A stretch of 63,946 nucleotides of DNA, counting the filler, from Octopus bimaculoides (lineage: Eukaryota), in the NCBI RefSeq assembly GCF_001194135.2. It is 4 parts of 4 records of this genome, joined end to end, with 100 filler letters (N's around TTAATTAATTAA, not from the genome) between each part and the next. Parts side by side here need not be neighbours in the genome. Positions count along the whole stretch, not along the records: positions 21,481 to 37,776 come from NC_068991.1; positions 37,877 to 61,817 come from NC_068984.1; 2 more parts are not named here. One strand, given 5' to 3'. The translations under genes and the position numbers were made by a program. Numbering within the stretch: position 1 is the stretch's first letter; each line of letters begins with the position of its first letter. This document shows positions 27,161-39,536 of the stretch, piece after piece. The notes beneath the pieces were generated by a model. The model had not been told where the DNA came from and made no database searches. It saw nothing but the letters and a program-made list of their open reading frames with translations.

Positions 27161-28788
27161 CGTTTGTATGCTTGTATGTATATATCTACGTATGTATGAT
27201 TTTTATTTTTCATGAAAACTTAAACGCTTGATCTGTGTCATCTCATGACTCTGTAAAAGACCCGAATCTTTACTCCCTTCCCCATTCTTCCACCCTTCCA
27301 GACATTATTCTCCACAACCATTCTTCACTTTCAGGCTATATAAACAATAGTTTTAAAAGTGATAAATTTTACAATTTTGATAATTCGGCAAAGGAAATCG
27401 CAGTCGATAGTCATCTAGTTCTCTTCTTTGAACTTCCTCTAAATTTAAATAGCTGACTCTTTTTTCCCCAGTATTGAGTTCTTTAAAATTGTTATTTGCA
27501 TATCAGTACACATACTATCGTACAAACACATGAGCACTCACAAACAGACAGGCAGGCAGAAAGGCAAACAGGCAGGCAGGCAGCAGACATATTGGTACAT
27601 AGAAGGATACATGCATAAACAGACAGATAGAAACGGTTGCTGTCTGTTCACCAATTTAATCCTGCTTTCAACTTCGTCCCATCTTCTCACTTTTCGTGTC
27701 ATGTCGTCCGGAAGAACCGATTTTCCGTACAATTCACATTTTCCGGTAATTTTCTGGTCGAATTGTATTTATACAAATACTTTTGCCTCAAATTAAACTT
27801 TCGGTTGGATTTATGGCTGTGTGTATAAATCTACGTATGTGCATGTGTGTGTTTGTATATANNNNNNNNNNNNNNNNNNNNNNNNNNNNNNNNNNNNNNN
27901 NNNNNNNNNNNNNNNNNNNNNNNNNNNNNNNNNNNNNNNNNNNNNNNNNNNNNNNNNNNNNNNNNNNNNNNNNNNNNNNNNNNNNNNNNNNNNNNNNNNN
28001 NNNNNNNNNNNNNNNNNNNNNNNNNNNNNNNNNNNNNNNNNNNNNNNNNNNNNNNNNNNNNNNNNNNNNNNNNNNNNNNNNNNNNNNNNNNNNNNNNNNN
28101 NNNNNNNNNNNNNNNNNNNNNNNNNNNNNNNNNNNNNNNNNNNNNNNNNNNNNNNNNNNNNNNNNNNNNNNNNNNNNNNNNNNNNNNNNNNNNNNNNNNN
28201 NNNNNNNNNNNNNNNNNNNNNNNNNNNNNNNNNNNNNNNNNNNNNNNNNNNNNNNNNNNNNNNNNNNNNNNNNNNNNNNNNNNNNNNNNNNNNNNNNNNN
28301 NNNNNNNNNNNNNNNNNNNNNNNNNNNNNNNNNNNNNNNNNNNNNNNNNNNNNNNNNNNNNNNNNNNNNNNNNNNNNNNNNNNNNNNNNNNNNNNNNNNN
28401 NNNNNNNNNNNNNNNNNNNNNNNNNNNNNNNNNNNNNNNNNNNNNNNNNNNNNNNNNNNNNNNNNNNNNNNNNNNNNNNNNNNNNNNNNNNNNNNNNNNN
28501 NNNNNNNNNNNNNNNNNNNNNNNNNNNNNNNNNNNNNNNNNNNNNNNNNNNNNNNNNNNNNNNNNNNNNNNNNNNNNNNNNNNNNNNNNNNNNNNNNNNN
28601 NNNNNNNNNNNNNNNNNNNNNNNNNNNNNNNNNNNNNNNNNNNNNNNNNNNNNNNNNNNNNNNNNNNNNNNNNNNNNNNNNNNNNNNNNNNNNNNNNNNN
28701 NNNNNNNNNNNNNNNNNNNNNNNNNNNNNNNNNNNNNNNNNNNNNNNNNNNNNNNNNNNNNNNNNNNNNNNNNNNNNNNNNNNNNNNN

Positions 28789-28836
<48 letters not shown>

Positions 28837-29469
28837 GCAAATATATGTGTGTGACATATATATACACACACACACACACACAGATAAACATACGTACAAA
28901 CACAAGAAAGGTATATACCAAAACTTCCCCTCTTTATATGCACTCATCTTTATATGTGTATATATGTCTATATGTATTATGTTTGTGTGTGTGTATGTGT
29001 GTCTGTATTATGCATGTACAGAGTGTACAGACAGAGATAAATATCCATATACACACATCATATATTGTCATGCACACACACACGCACACATATAAACACA
29101 CACACACGCATGCCACTACATACATATTGTCATGCACACACACACACGTATGCCTCTGCATACATATTGTCATACACACACACACACACGTACACACCCA
29201 CGCGCGCGCACACACCCACACACGCATGCCTCTGCATACATATCAACCAATGTCATAAACACAGGAACACTAACATCATTCCAGACAAATTTGGAAATGC
29301 TAAACTATTTCAGGCTTGTTATTAACGACTGAAACCCCCTCTCTCTCTTTCTCTCTTTCTCTCTCTCTCTCTCTCCCTCTCATATCCTACGCACTTCAGA
29401 GAAACAAAAACAAGAACAGAATCAACAACAACAACAATACTATTATTGCAACTACAACTAATAATAATA

Positions 29470-29767
29470 CCAAGCACTGTGGGACGAGATAAGAAAATCA
29501 TGGGGCATGAGGAAAGTAATGGTGATACCAGTGGTAACTGGAACATTGGGAGCAGTTTCCAAGAACATTAGATCTGCTGCCAGGTTCGAAGCGATCCAGA
29601 AGACAGCATTGTTGGATACAGCTCGCATTCTTAGGAAAATATTGTCTCTTTGGGTCAGAGGAGAAGAAGGTACTACTAGGAAGCTTTGGTGATTTGTTAT
29701 TGCCTGCTTTCAAGTAAAGAACAACCGCTAATTAAGAACTGTTCGAGAGTTTTTCATAATAGACAAC

Positions 29768-29768
<1 letters not shown>
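29470..29768 (+). mobile_element. R4/Dong-clade non-LTR retrotransposon, 5'-truncated 3' end
   Basis: LWDEIRKSWGMRKVMVIPVVTGTLGAVSK...IQKTALLDTARILRKIL (C-terminus of the RLE domain), flanked by AAT repeats at both ends. Confidence 0.85.
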
Positions 29769-29810
<42 letters not shown>

Positions 29811-29811
<1 letters not shown>

Positions 29812-30018
29812 CTTTTCTGTTATAGGCACAAGGCCTGAAATTGTGGGGAAGGGGTAAGTCGATTACATCGACCCCAGTACGCAACTAGTACTTAATTTAT
29901 CGACCCCGAAATGATGAAAGGCAAAGTCGACCTCGGCGGAATTTGAACTCAGAACGTAAAGACATGACGAAATGCCGACAAGCATTTTGCATGGCGTGCT
30001 AACGGTTCTGCCAGCTCA
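29811..30018 (-). mobile_element. SINE family A (tail type 1), tail-to-tail with Dong end via (TAA)n
   Basis: Full consensus match; flanked by (AAT)n on both sides. Confidence 0.9.
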
Positions 30019-30099
30019 CAATAATAATAATGAACTTGCTAGAGGAGTAAACTTTGGCACAAGGCTAGCAAGAGGAGCAATTATTAAAACTAGCAAGCG

Positions 30100-30420
30100 G
30101 CAGAAAAATCATCAAACAAGAAGATATAAACAAAGGCCTTATAAACCTCGCAGCGTCTAAGGAACTGTTGAAACAGTGGATAGAGTTAAAAGACCAATAA
30201 CTTGGATTGTGATGATGAAAGAAACAAATTCTATCGTCAAAAGAAAATATTCAAAAGAGATGCGAAGAAGTTTTATAGGGAAATTGACAAAAGGAACCAG
30301 CAAAGACTGAGAAATTGGAAGAGTTCTGAAGAAGCAACGAGAAAGAGTACAATGCTGAAGTTGACAGGACAAAGCGGGAGAAAGAGAGACTGGATGAAGT
30401 CGAAGAACAGAAGAACACCG
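30100..30420 (+). mobile_element. R4/Dong-clade internal ORF fragment
   Basis: RNKFYRQKKIFKRDAKKFYREI is homologous to RYNQRMKDYHQNRLFRVDQKRFYKEI of the 59.3-59.6 kb Dong ORF. Confidence 0.65.
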
Positions 30421-30690
30421 CCACCTCCGCCTCTATCACAAAAAAGGCTGAATGGTTTGTGTATGGCAGATGTGGTGGCGATGGTGGTGGGACTGTCATT
30501 TATCATGCAGCTTTGCAATAAGCTGCAGGTCGTCAAATTATATCAGTTTCGATGAAAATTGTTCATTGCTTGAAAAATATTAGTCAAGTTTAATAAACTT
30601 TAATATGTACTCAATGCACAAAGTGTCATTGTTGGGCCCAAGACCCAATGAAGAGCCCCCCACAGGAGCTATACACACACNNNNNNNNNN

Positions 30691-30721
<31 letters not shown>

Positions 30722-30837
30722 TTGAAAGGTATAATGTATAAACACTCCAATCGGTCAAAACAACTTTATATCATTCCCAAATTATCAAAAATCGATTATA
30801 AATATATATTATAACAATAGGGTACCTTAGTGGTTAA

Positions 30838-31090
30838 TCGTTAATGTACAATCCATTAAGGAAATCCGAAGACAACACCTTTTCATCAGGAGAAAACTTA
30901 CAAAGGCTTCACATTTCTGGTTGTCACATGGTTCAATTCAACAATGTGATAACTGAACAACGTAATAACCAGAAATGTGAAGCCTTTGTAAGTTTTCTCC
31001 TGATGGTGTTGCCTTTGGATTTCCTTAATGAATTGTACATTAACGACGTGAAGCAGAATCCTTTGAAACGATCATAGAGATGGGCTTGAA
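30838..31090 (+). mobile_element. Fold-back structure, probably a Penelope-like 3' end with an inverted partial copy
   Basis: Arms 30838-30922 and 30967-31046 are inverted repeats; the right arm runs into RREAESFETIIEMGLN, similar to the E-x-x-WI...GLN end of PLE GIY-YIG domains. Confidence 0.5.
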
Positions 31091-31551
31091 TGGACTCTGT
31101 TTTGGTTACCATACACTTTATTTTTTATATTTATACTCTTGTATTTTTATATATTTATATTCTATTTCAGCGCCTTTGCCTTACATTTTCAGTCGCCTTT
31201 ATTATGCATTAAATTATTCCATATATTTTTCTTCATTCGACTTCACACGTATTACCCTTTTAGTTTTTATCACCTTTTAATCGTATATATGTGTATATTT
31301 TATTCTGCTGGGTTTTACTATTGGGTGCCCTATTGCTATAATACAAATTCATATTCGATTTTTGATAATTTGGGAATGATATAAAGTTGTTTTAACCAAT
31401 TGGAGTGTTTATTCATTATACCTTTCAATAGATTTCTCCCGTTGCCTCGGTGTCACCTGAACACCTCCAACTGCAGTCCTGTTCTTCGGCTTAACGAAGT
31501 TATAAAATTATCCTCTTATACATATATATATGTATATATATATATATATAT

Positions 31552-31720
31552 ATACGACGGGATTCTTTCATTTTCCGTATACCACATCCACTGACAAAGC
31601 TTTGGTCGGCCCGAGGCTGTAGTAGAAATCATTTGCCCAAGGTGGCACGCAGTGGAACTGAACCCAGAACCATGTGGTTGGGAAGCAAGCTTCTTACCAC
31701 ACAGCCACGCCTGCACCTAT
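31552..31720 (-). mobile_element. SINE family B, 5' portion
   Basis: Reverse complement of 2345-2510 (TTTGGTCGGCCCGAGGCTGTAGTAGAA..TTGCCCAAGGTGGCACGCAGTGG). Confidence 0.9.
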
Positions 31721-32919
31721 ATATATGTGTGTGTGTGTGTATGTGTGTGTGTGTGTATGTGTGTGTGTGTGTATGTGTGTGTGTGTGTGTGCTTGTATTT
31801 GTAACGCCATCTTATCTACTCAGGTAATAACAAACTGACCACAAACAATGCTTACCCGCAGTGTAAAGGAGGAGGTGTAGCTCAACAGGAGTGGAGCGGT
31901 TTGACTGGGGGACATTTGTATAAGTACGTGATGGTTGATTGACCCCAGATAAATTGGGGTCTNNNNNNNNNNNNNNNNNNNNNNNNNNNNNNNNNNNNNN
32001 NNNNNNNNNNNNNNNNNNNNNNNNNNNNNNNNNNNNNNNNNNNNNNNNNNNNNNNNNNNNNNNNNNNNNNNNNNNNNNNNNNNNNNNNNNNNNNNNNNNN
32101 NNNNNNNNNNNNNNNNNNNNNNNNNNNNNNNNNNNNNNNNNNNNNNNNNNNNNNNNNNNNNNNNNNNNNNNNNNNNNNNNNNNNNNNNNNNNNNNNNNNN
32201 NNNNNNNNNNNNNNNNNNNNNNNNNNNNNNNNNNNNNNNNNNNNNNNNNNNNNNNNNNNNNNNNNNNNNNNNNNNNNNNNNNNNNNNNNNNNNNNNNNNN
32301 NNNNNNNNNNNNNNNNNNNNNNNNNNNNNNNNNNNNNNNNNNNNNNNNNNNNNNNNNNNNNNNNNNNNNNNNNNNNNNNNNNNNNNNNNNNNNNNNNNNN
32401 NNNNNNNNNNNNNNNNNNNNNNNNNNNNNNNNNNNNNNNNNNNNNNNNNNNNNNNNNNNNNNNNNNNNNNNNNNNNNNNNNNNNNNNNNNNNNNNNNNNN
32501 NNNNNNNNNNNNNNNNNNNNNNNNNNNNNNNNNNNNNNNNNNNNNNNNNNNNNNNNNNNNNNNNNNNNNNNNNNNNNNNNNNNNNNNNNNNNNNNNNNNN
32601 NNNNNNNNNNNNNNNNNNNNNNNNNNNNNNNNNNNNNNNNNNNNNNNNNNNNNNNNNNNNNNNNNNNNNNNNNNNNNNNNNNNNNNNNNNNNNNNNNNNN
32701 NNNNNNNNNNNNNNNNNNNNNNNNNNNNNNNNNNNNNNNNNNNNNNNNNNNNNNNNNNNNNNNNNNNNNNNNNNNNNNNNNNNNNNNNNNNNNNNNNNNN
32801 NNNNNNNNNNNNNNNNNNNNNNNNNNNNNNNNNNNNNNNNNNNNNNNNNNNNNNNNNNNNNNNNNNNNNNNNNNNNNNNNNNNNNNNNNNNNNNNNNNNN
32901 NNNNNNNNNNNNNNNNNNN

Positions 32920-32962
<43 letters not shown>

Positions 32963-33717
32963 TATACATTATATATACACACACACACATACATAGACAG
33001 ACAGACAGATAGATGGTTATATTATGCATAAAGTTTCAGCTTGCATGGTGCTGGTCGAATTAGTAGTAGTAGCAGCGGTGGTAGTGGTGGTCGTGGTCGT
33101 GGTCGTGGTCGTCGTTGTCATCGTCGTAGTGGTGGTGGTGGTGGTGGGGGATGGCGTTATGGTATGTTTAAAAAGAGAAGAAAGATTAAATAAAAGAAAC
33201 AGAAACGAGACTCGGCAATGAATGAGACGGGGCGTGGTTGTTACTATTGTTGCTGTTGATGTTGTTGTTGTTGTTGTTGTTATTATTGAGTTGGTATTAT
33301 TATTGTTATAACTGTTGTTGTTGTTGTTGTTACCGTTGTTGCCATTGCTGATGTTTTTGTTGTTGTTTTCGATGTTTATTGTTGAGTTCATCATTACTTT
33401 TATTGTTAATGTAGTCGGGTTATTACCGCGGTTATTACTTATTTTTAATGTTGTTATTACTCTGTTATTGCCATTATTAATAGTCTTGTTGTTGTTGTTG
33501 CTCTAATCCGCTGACCACATTATTCTACCTATTTTATTTGCATTTACATAGTTTTATTTATTGTTTATATTATTTTAGAATTTGTTATATTGTTTGTTTA
33601 GATAATTGTAGGGGGCGCTACTGAGCGAGGGGGCGTTTACTTCCGGATTCAATCAGTAAACAGATTTACTTTTCCTTTTTCATCTTTTTTTTTTTTTTTG
33701 TAAAAACGTGTATGCTT

Positions 33718-33925
33718 TGTTGTTCTTTCAATCCCAGATCAGCACTAATAGTTCAGACTTATTGTCAGAGACACCCCAGCCATGACCATCCTATCATTTA
33801 TAAAGAATGTCAAGAAATATGTTGTCTAATGCATGTCCTTTACCTTTGTAGGGAGGGTGGGCTGAGAGAATTTGACTCTTATTCTCAGCAGATCGAAGGA
33901 CCGTATGCGTTTTTATATATATACT
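33718..33925 (-). mobile_element. Dispersed repeat family C
   Basis: CCAGATCAGCACTAAT..CAGCCATGACCATCCTATC..GAATTTGACTCTTATTCTCAGCAG matches the other family C copies. Confidence 0.6.
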
Positions 33926-34201
33926 TTGAAAGGTTCCGGCCAGTGGCCCAGGCCATGTCTAACTTAATAGCACCACCTGGCAAAGTCATTCAAATCGGAC
34001 AACATAGCCCACTCGAGGGGAGAGTTATTGTTTGCGGAGACATATCCGGGTGTAGGAGGTTTATTCAGGACTTTTTGAAGGAATTTGTCCAAAGAATATC
34101 TCCCTGCATTTGTTCGTACCTTACCTTTCATCCGCTTCAAAATGTTGATTTTTACCCCTCAGCAAAATTGGCTGTTTCGTTGTTACAATACGGGTCTTAA
34201 A

Positions 34202-34449
34202 CAGTAATCCCTCGCAACATCGCGGTTCACCTATCGCGGTTCACATATCGCGGTTCACATATCGCGGTTCACCTATCGCGCACTCAGTACACCGCGGATT
34301 TTTCTGGCTAATATATGTAAATTTATATCGCGGACTCCTCAGTACATCGCGGGTTTCTGCGGCCGATAGGGATTTATATTTTTTCAGATTTTAATTATTT
34401 CTGTGGGAGATTTTGGAACCTAACACCCGCGATAGTCGAGGGATTATTG
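34202..34449 (+). mobile_element. Tigger/pogo-type MITE
   Basis: TIRs CAGTAATCCCTCG / CGAGGGATTATTG; internal 14-bp repeats ATCGCGGTTCAC(C/A)T; homologous to 40827-41061. Confidence 0.8.
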
Positions 34450-36357
34450 TTAATACATATTTAAGGAGATGACTACTTTCCTTGAGTATGGAATATAATG
34501 TCTATTCTCCCGCTGATCTTGAATTTTCCAATAGCTCACAAGACACAGTGTACCCTGTACTATATTATCCAGTGTCATCCCAACCTATGACATAGTGTAT
34601 GACGTGAGAGAGAGTTGGTCTCCATTTTTAGCTGGTCAGGCTACTTCGTAGCGGCTTCTTGTGTTTGTATGTTTATAGGTTGCCACAACCAGAACCACGA
34701 CTACAACCACGACTACAACCACAACCACAACCACAACCACAACCACAACCACAACCACAACCAACACTGTCCACTAACCGACGGTTTTGCCATTGTTCTT
34801 GTATCCGCCACCATCATCACCGCCATGACAACCAATACCACCATCACACCTCCACCACCATTACGCCGTCAATACCACCGCCACCAATACCATCCTTATT
34901 ATGTTACCACTACCACCACCGCCACGACCACCAACCAACCACCATCGTCCATCCCAGCAAGACACCATTGCAGGTGTGAAGTCTAGATTAATTTACTTGT
35001 AAGAGAAGATGTTGGCATCAAATTTCAGTTTGAGATTTACACAGAATGGACCGAGATAGAGTTGAAAGATTACTATTAATATTGTTCTTGCTGTTGTTGT
35101 GGTTGTTGTTATTATTATTAGTAGTAGTATTAGTAGTAGTGTTATCATTATTATTGTTGTTGTTGTCGCTGTAGTGGTCGTTGTTATATAGTATATTCTG
35201 GTTTATTTGCCACACCTGATTGTGTATTTAATCTTCTTTCTCATCTTCGTTCTTCCTCCTCTTTTTTTCTTCTTCTTACTGTTTGGTTTCTACTTCGTCT
35301 TCCCACCCCCACCCCCACCCCAGCCTCACATGACCAGACATGCAGGCAAACAGACAGACTAGCCCTGTAAACAAGCAACGCTCTTTTTGAAAGCAGAAGT
35401 GGAATCCTCCGGCTCTGGGCTGCCGAGGCCCTTATCTGAAGACNNNNNNNNNNNNNNNNNNNNNNNNNNNNNNNNNNNNNNNNNNNNNNNNNNNNNNNNN
35501 NNNNNNNNNNNNNNNNNNNNNNNNNNNNNNNNNNNNNNNNNNNNNNNNNNNNNNNNNNNNNNNNNNNNNNNNNNNNNNNNNNNNNNNNNNNNNNNNNNNN
35601 NNNNNNNNNNNNNNNNNNNNNNNNNNNNNNNNNNNNNNNNNNNNNNNNNNNNNNNNNNNNNNNNNNNNNNNNNNNNNNNNNNNNNNNNNNNNNNNNNNNN
35701 NNNNNNNNNNNNNNNNNNNNNNNNNNNNNNNNNNNNNNNNNNNNNNNNNNNNNNNNNNNNNNNNNNNNNNNNNNNNNNNNNNNNNNNNNNNNNNNNNNNN
35801 NNNNNNNNNNNNNNNNNNNNNNNNNNNNNNNNNNNNNNNNNNNNNNNNNNNNNNNNNNNNNNNNNNNNNNNNNNNNNNNNNNNNNNNNNNNNNNNNNNNN
35901 NNNNNNNNNNNNNNNNNNNNNNNNNNNNNNNNNNNNNNNNNNNNNNNNNNNNNNNNNNNNNNNNNNNNNNNNNNNNNNNNNNNNNNNNNNNNNNNNNNNN
36001 NNNNNNNNNNNNNNNNNNNNNNNNNNNNNNNNNNNNNNNNNNNNNNNNNNNNNNNNNNNNNNNNNNNNNNNNNNNNNNTATTTCCTTTCTTCTTTCCTTT
36101 CTTCCTTTCTTCCTGTTATTCCTCCGTCGGTAGTTTTCCTTATTATTATTCAAGAACCCCCCAGGGAGAGCGGGGAGATGGAGAGGTAAGAAAGAGGAGA
36201 AAGGGGTGAGATCGGAGGGGGAGGGAGTAATCTGCCGGATTAGAAACACGGTTAATTCGTTAAGGTAACGATTAAAGGATTAGCGAGACAAACTGCGAAT
36301 TAGCTATGACACGTGTGTGATGTAAATATGTTGTTTTTTTTGTTTATGGATTTGTAT

Positions 36358-36396
<39 letters not shown>

Positions 36397-37120
36397 TAAA
36401 CGCATGGAATTGAGCGCGAATATGTTTGCAAACATGCATATGTGTGATTATTTGGAATTATATGTACAAGTGTACCTTACATAAGTGTACACGTCTACGC
36501 TCTGGGTTTTCGTGTATGTGCTCGCACGCACACACGCACACACACACACACACACACATACATATACATACACACATATATATACATATATATATCTAAC
36601 GATATTTGTTTGTTTTCGTTCGGTTTCCTTGTACGTCTCCATAGTCCTATTGTTGTTCCCAACTTTGACCCTCCATAAATCCAAAATTTTATTTTGGTAT
36701 TTATGAGATTGATTGATTGATTGATTAGTTAATTGATTCATAGATTGAACGATTAATCAAACAATCGATTAGTCAATTGGGCAACCAATTGACTAATAAT
36801 AATAAAAGATGTGAAATGAAACCAGTGTGTGTATTTATTCTTGTCATAATGACCCTCCCTAAATACAAGAAAAACATCGTATTCCACTTTGTCTTTGCTT
36901 TCGTTTGTACACAAATAGAAATAAATAGATAGATAGACAGATAATTAGAAAGAAAGAAAGATAAATACATGGATAGATCTTATATATATATGTGTATATA
37001 TGTATATATATCAATATATTAATATATATATATATATACATATTTATATACATATATACATTATATATATGTATGTATATAAATATGTATATATATTAAT
37101 ATATTTATATACATATATAC

Positions 37121-37210
<90 letters not shown>

Positions 37211-37776
37211 CACATATATTACATATATATATTGTGATGACAGCAATGAATACAAAAGGAAGACAGCACAGAAGGGACACGTTTTAACTAATATTGTATT
37301 TATACATACATATTAATAACTATAAATATGTAAGTGAGTGTCTATATCATACATACACTAGCATATGTGTGTGGTTGTGTGTGAATGAAAGTGAATTTAT
37401 ATATATTATATGGTGCCTAGGTTGTTGTTGTTCTTGTATATTTTTTGTTGTTGTACGTGTTGGTGAGGTGGGTGGACAGTAACAAGTTGATGACAACCTG
37501 ACAGATTTATCAATGGGGGAGGAGGAGGAGGAGGAGGAGGATGCGGTGGAAGAGAGGAGTGGGGGAGGAGATGGAGAAGGAGGACGAGAGTGCGTAGGTG
37601 TTTAAATATATGCTGGCCTGTCACTTTAGTTTCCATCTTGCAACAGACACACACACACTGATATAAGTATATACATATACATATACATACATACATACGT
37701 ACATATATATATGTATGTATATTGAATCGAACAAGTTTCAGCTCACGAGCTGTGTCCATACTGGTGCTTGCATATA

Positions 37777-37876
37777 NNNNNNNNNNNNNNNNNNNNNNNN
37801 NNNNNNNNNNNNNNNNNNNNTTAATTAATTAANNNNNNNNNNNNNNNNNNNNNNNNNNNNNNNNNNNNNNNNNNNN
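37777..37876. other. Artificial scaffold-join spacer N44-TTAATTAATTAA-N44
   Basis: 12-mer at 37821-37832. Confidence 0.95.
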
Positions 37877-38077
37877 TATTGTTAGTGTTGAAGTATTATT
37901 AGTGTTGGTGGCATTGTTAGCGTTTTGTTAGTATTTGTAGTATTGAAAGTGTTTGTGGTATTATTCACATTATTGGTATTTTTAGTTTTGGTAGTATTGT
38001 TAATGTGGGTGGTATAGTAAGTGTTGATGGTATTGTTAATATATATGGTACTGTGTTGGTAATATTATTAGTGTTTG

Positions 38078-38293
38078 AAGGCGGAGAGCTGGCAGAAACA
38101 TTAGCACGCCGGGCGATATGTTTAGCGGTATTTCGTCTGTCTTTACATTCTGAATTCAAATTCCGCCGAGGTCCACTTTGCCTTTCCCCCTTCCGGGGTC
38201 GATAAATTAAGTACCAGTTGCGTACTGGGGTCGATCTAATCGACTGGCACCCTCCCCCAAAATTTCGGGCCTTGTGCTTAGATTAGAAAAGGA
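38078..38293 (+). mobile_element. SINE family A (tail type 1), full length with 12-bp TSD
   Basis: A-box-like GGCGGAGAGCTGGCAGAA, B-box-like GAATTCAAATTCC; TSD TATTAGTGTTTG at 38066-38077 and 38294-38305. Confidence 0.92.
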
Positions 38294-38915
38294 TATTAGT
38301 GTTTGTGGTATAATTATTGTTGATGGAATTATCATTATTTGTGATATTGTTACTGCATGTGGTATTGTTAGTGCTAGTTATACTTTTAGTGTTGACGGCA
38401 TTGTTATTGTTTATGGTATTGTTAGTGTTGGTGGCATTGCCAATGCTGGTTGTATTGTTAGTATTGGTGGTATTGTTAGTTTTTGTGTTATTGTTAGTGT
38501 TTGTGGAATTTTTAGTGTTGGTGATACTATTAGCGTTTTTAGTATTATTAGTGTTAGTGATATTGTTAGTGAGGGTGGTGTTATTACTGTTAGTGGTATT
38601 GTTAGTGTATGTCGTATTGTTCATGTTTGTGGTAGTGTTAGTGTTGGTGATATCGTTAGTGCTGGGGGTATTATTATTCTTAGTGGTATTTTTAATGGTT
38701 TTATAATGTTTGTGGTATTAATATTTGTCGGGTTATTGTTAGTGTTGGTGGTTTTATTAATGATGGTGGTATTATTAGAGTTGGTGATGCCAGTTTTGGT
38801 GGTATTGCTAGTGTTTCTGAAATTATTAATGTTGGTGCTTTTGTTAGTGTTTTTTGTATTGTTTTTGATAGTGATATTATCAGAACTGTTGGGATTGTTA
38901 GTGTTGGTGGTATTA

Positions 38916-39536
38916 AGTGCTTTCTCCATTCTGTCTGCAGGCGTAGGACCATTTACTCGGGCCTCTCTTGCGACATTCGCTCATATTTTAACAAAATTGC
39001 TTGGGGCAGAACTTCCATCTCTATCCTCACTTTCCTTTTCAAGTGAAGCTTAAAAAGTTGAAGAGGTCTTGGCCAAAGAAGAAAGTGTCTGTCTTCAGCC
39101 CTTTCAATCTGGTCTACCACACAACCTCTTTCACAAAGGCTGCCAGGCAAAGAAAAACAGCCTATCCTTCCCGACCAAAGGAAGGCAGCGGGACTATCTT
39201 CACAATGGATTCAGCCGATAGCCGGATCCGTCCTACATGCGACAGCAGGTGTTCGACATAAACCCACTCGTCAGAAATACTCAGGCACTGGATGAGAGCG
39301 TGCAGAACGGTTTCGTCGCTCTGTGTACATCTCGGGCAAGCCCGGCTGACTGCACTTCCGTGCCTGTAGAGGTTATCCTGAACCCCCGGTAGCACTGCCA
39401 GGCCAAGGGTTTCTGGAAATTGTCCGTAGGCCTCGCCCCGAAAGTTCTCCGGAGCATGTCAGCCAACTCATTCTTGTCGACGCTCAGAGTCTCCCTGAGA
39501 ACGTCGTCGCACTTAGCCGCCACGATAGAGGTATAG
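38916..39536 (-). mobile_element. L1/Tx1-clade LINE ORF2 C-terminal fragment
   Basis: LAWQCYRG..VQDNLYRHGSAVSRACPRCTQSDETVLHALIQC (zf-RVT, CCHC) and FKLHLKRKVRIE; frameshifts and stops. Confidence 0.8.

Noticed and set aside
31874-31961. tRNA-like D-arm (GCTC..GAGC) and a 7-bp hairpin
   Set aside because: No T-arm GTTCRA or acceptor stem; runs into a gap. At most a decayed SINE head.
38274-39053. Mucin-like TNN-repeat or poly-V/L ORFs in the 18-bp array
   Set aside because: Frames are open on both strands because the unit is triplet-based; they are interrupted by stops, a SINE and a LINE.
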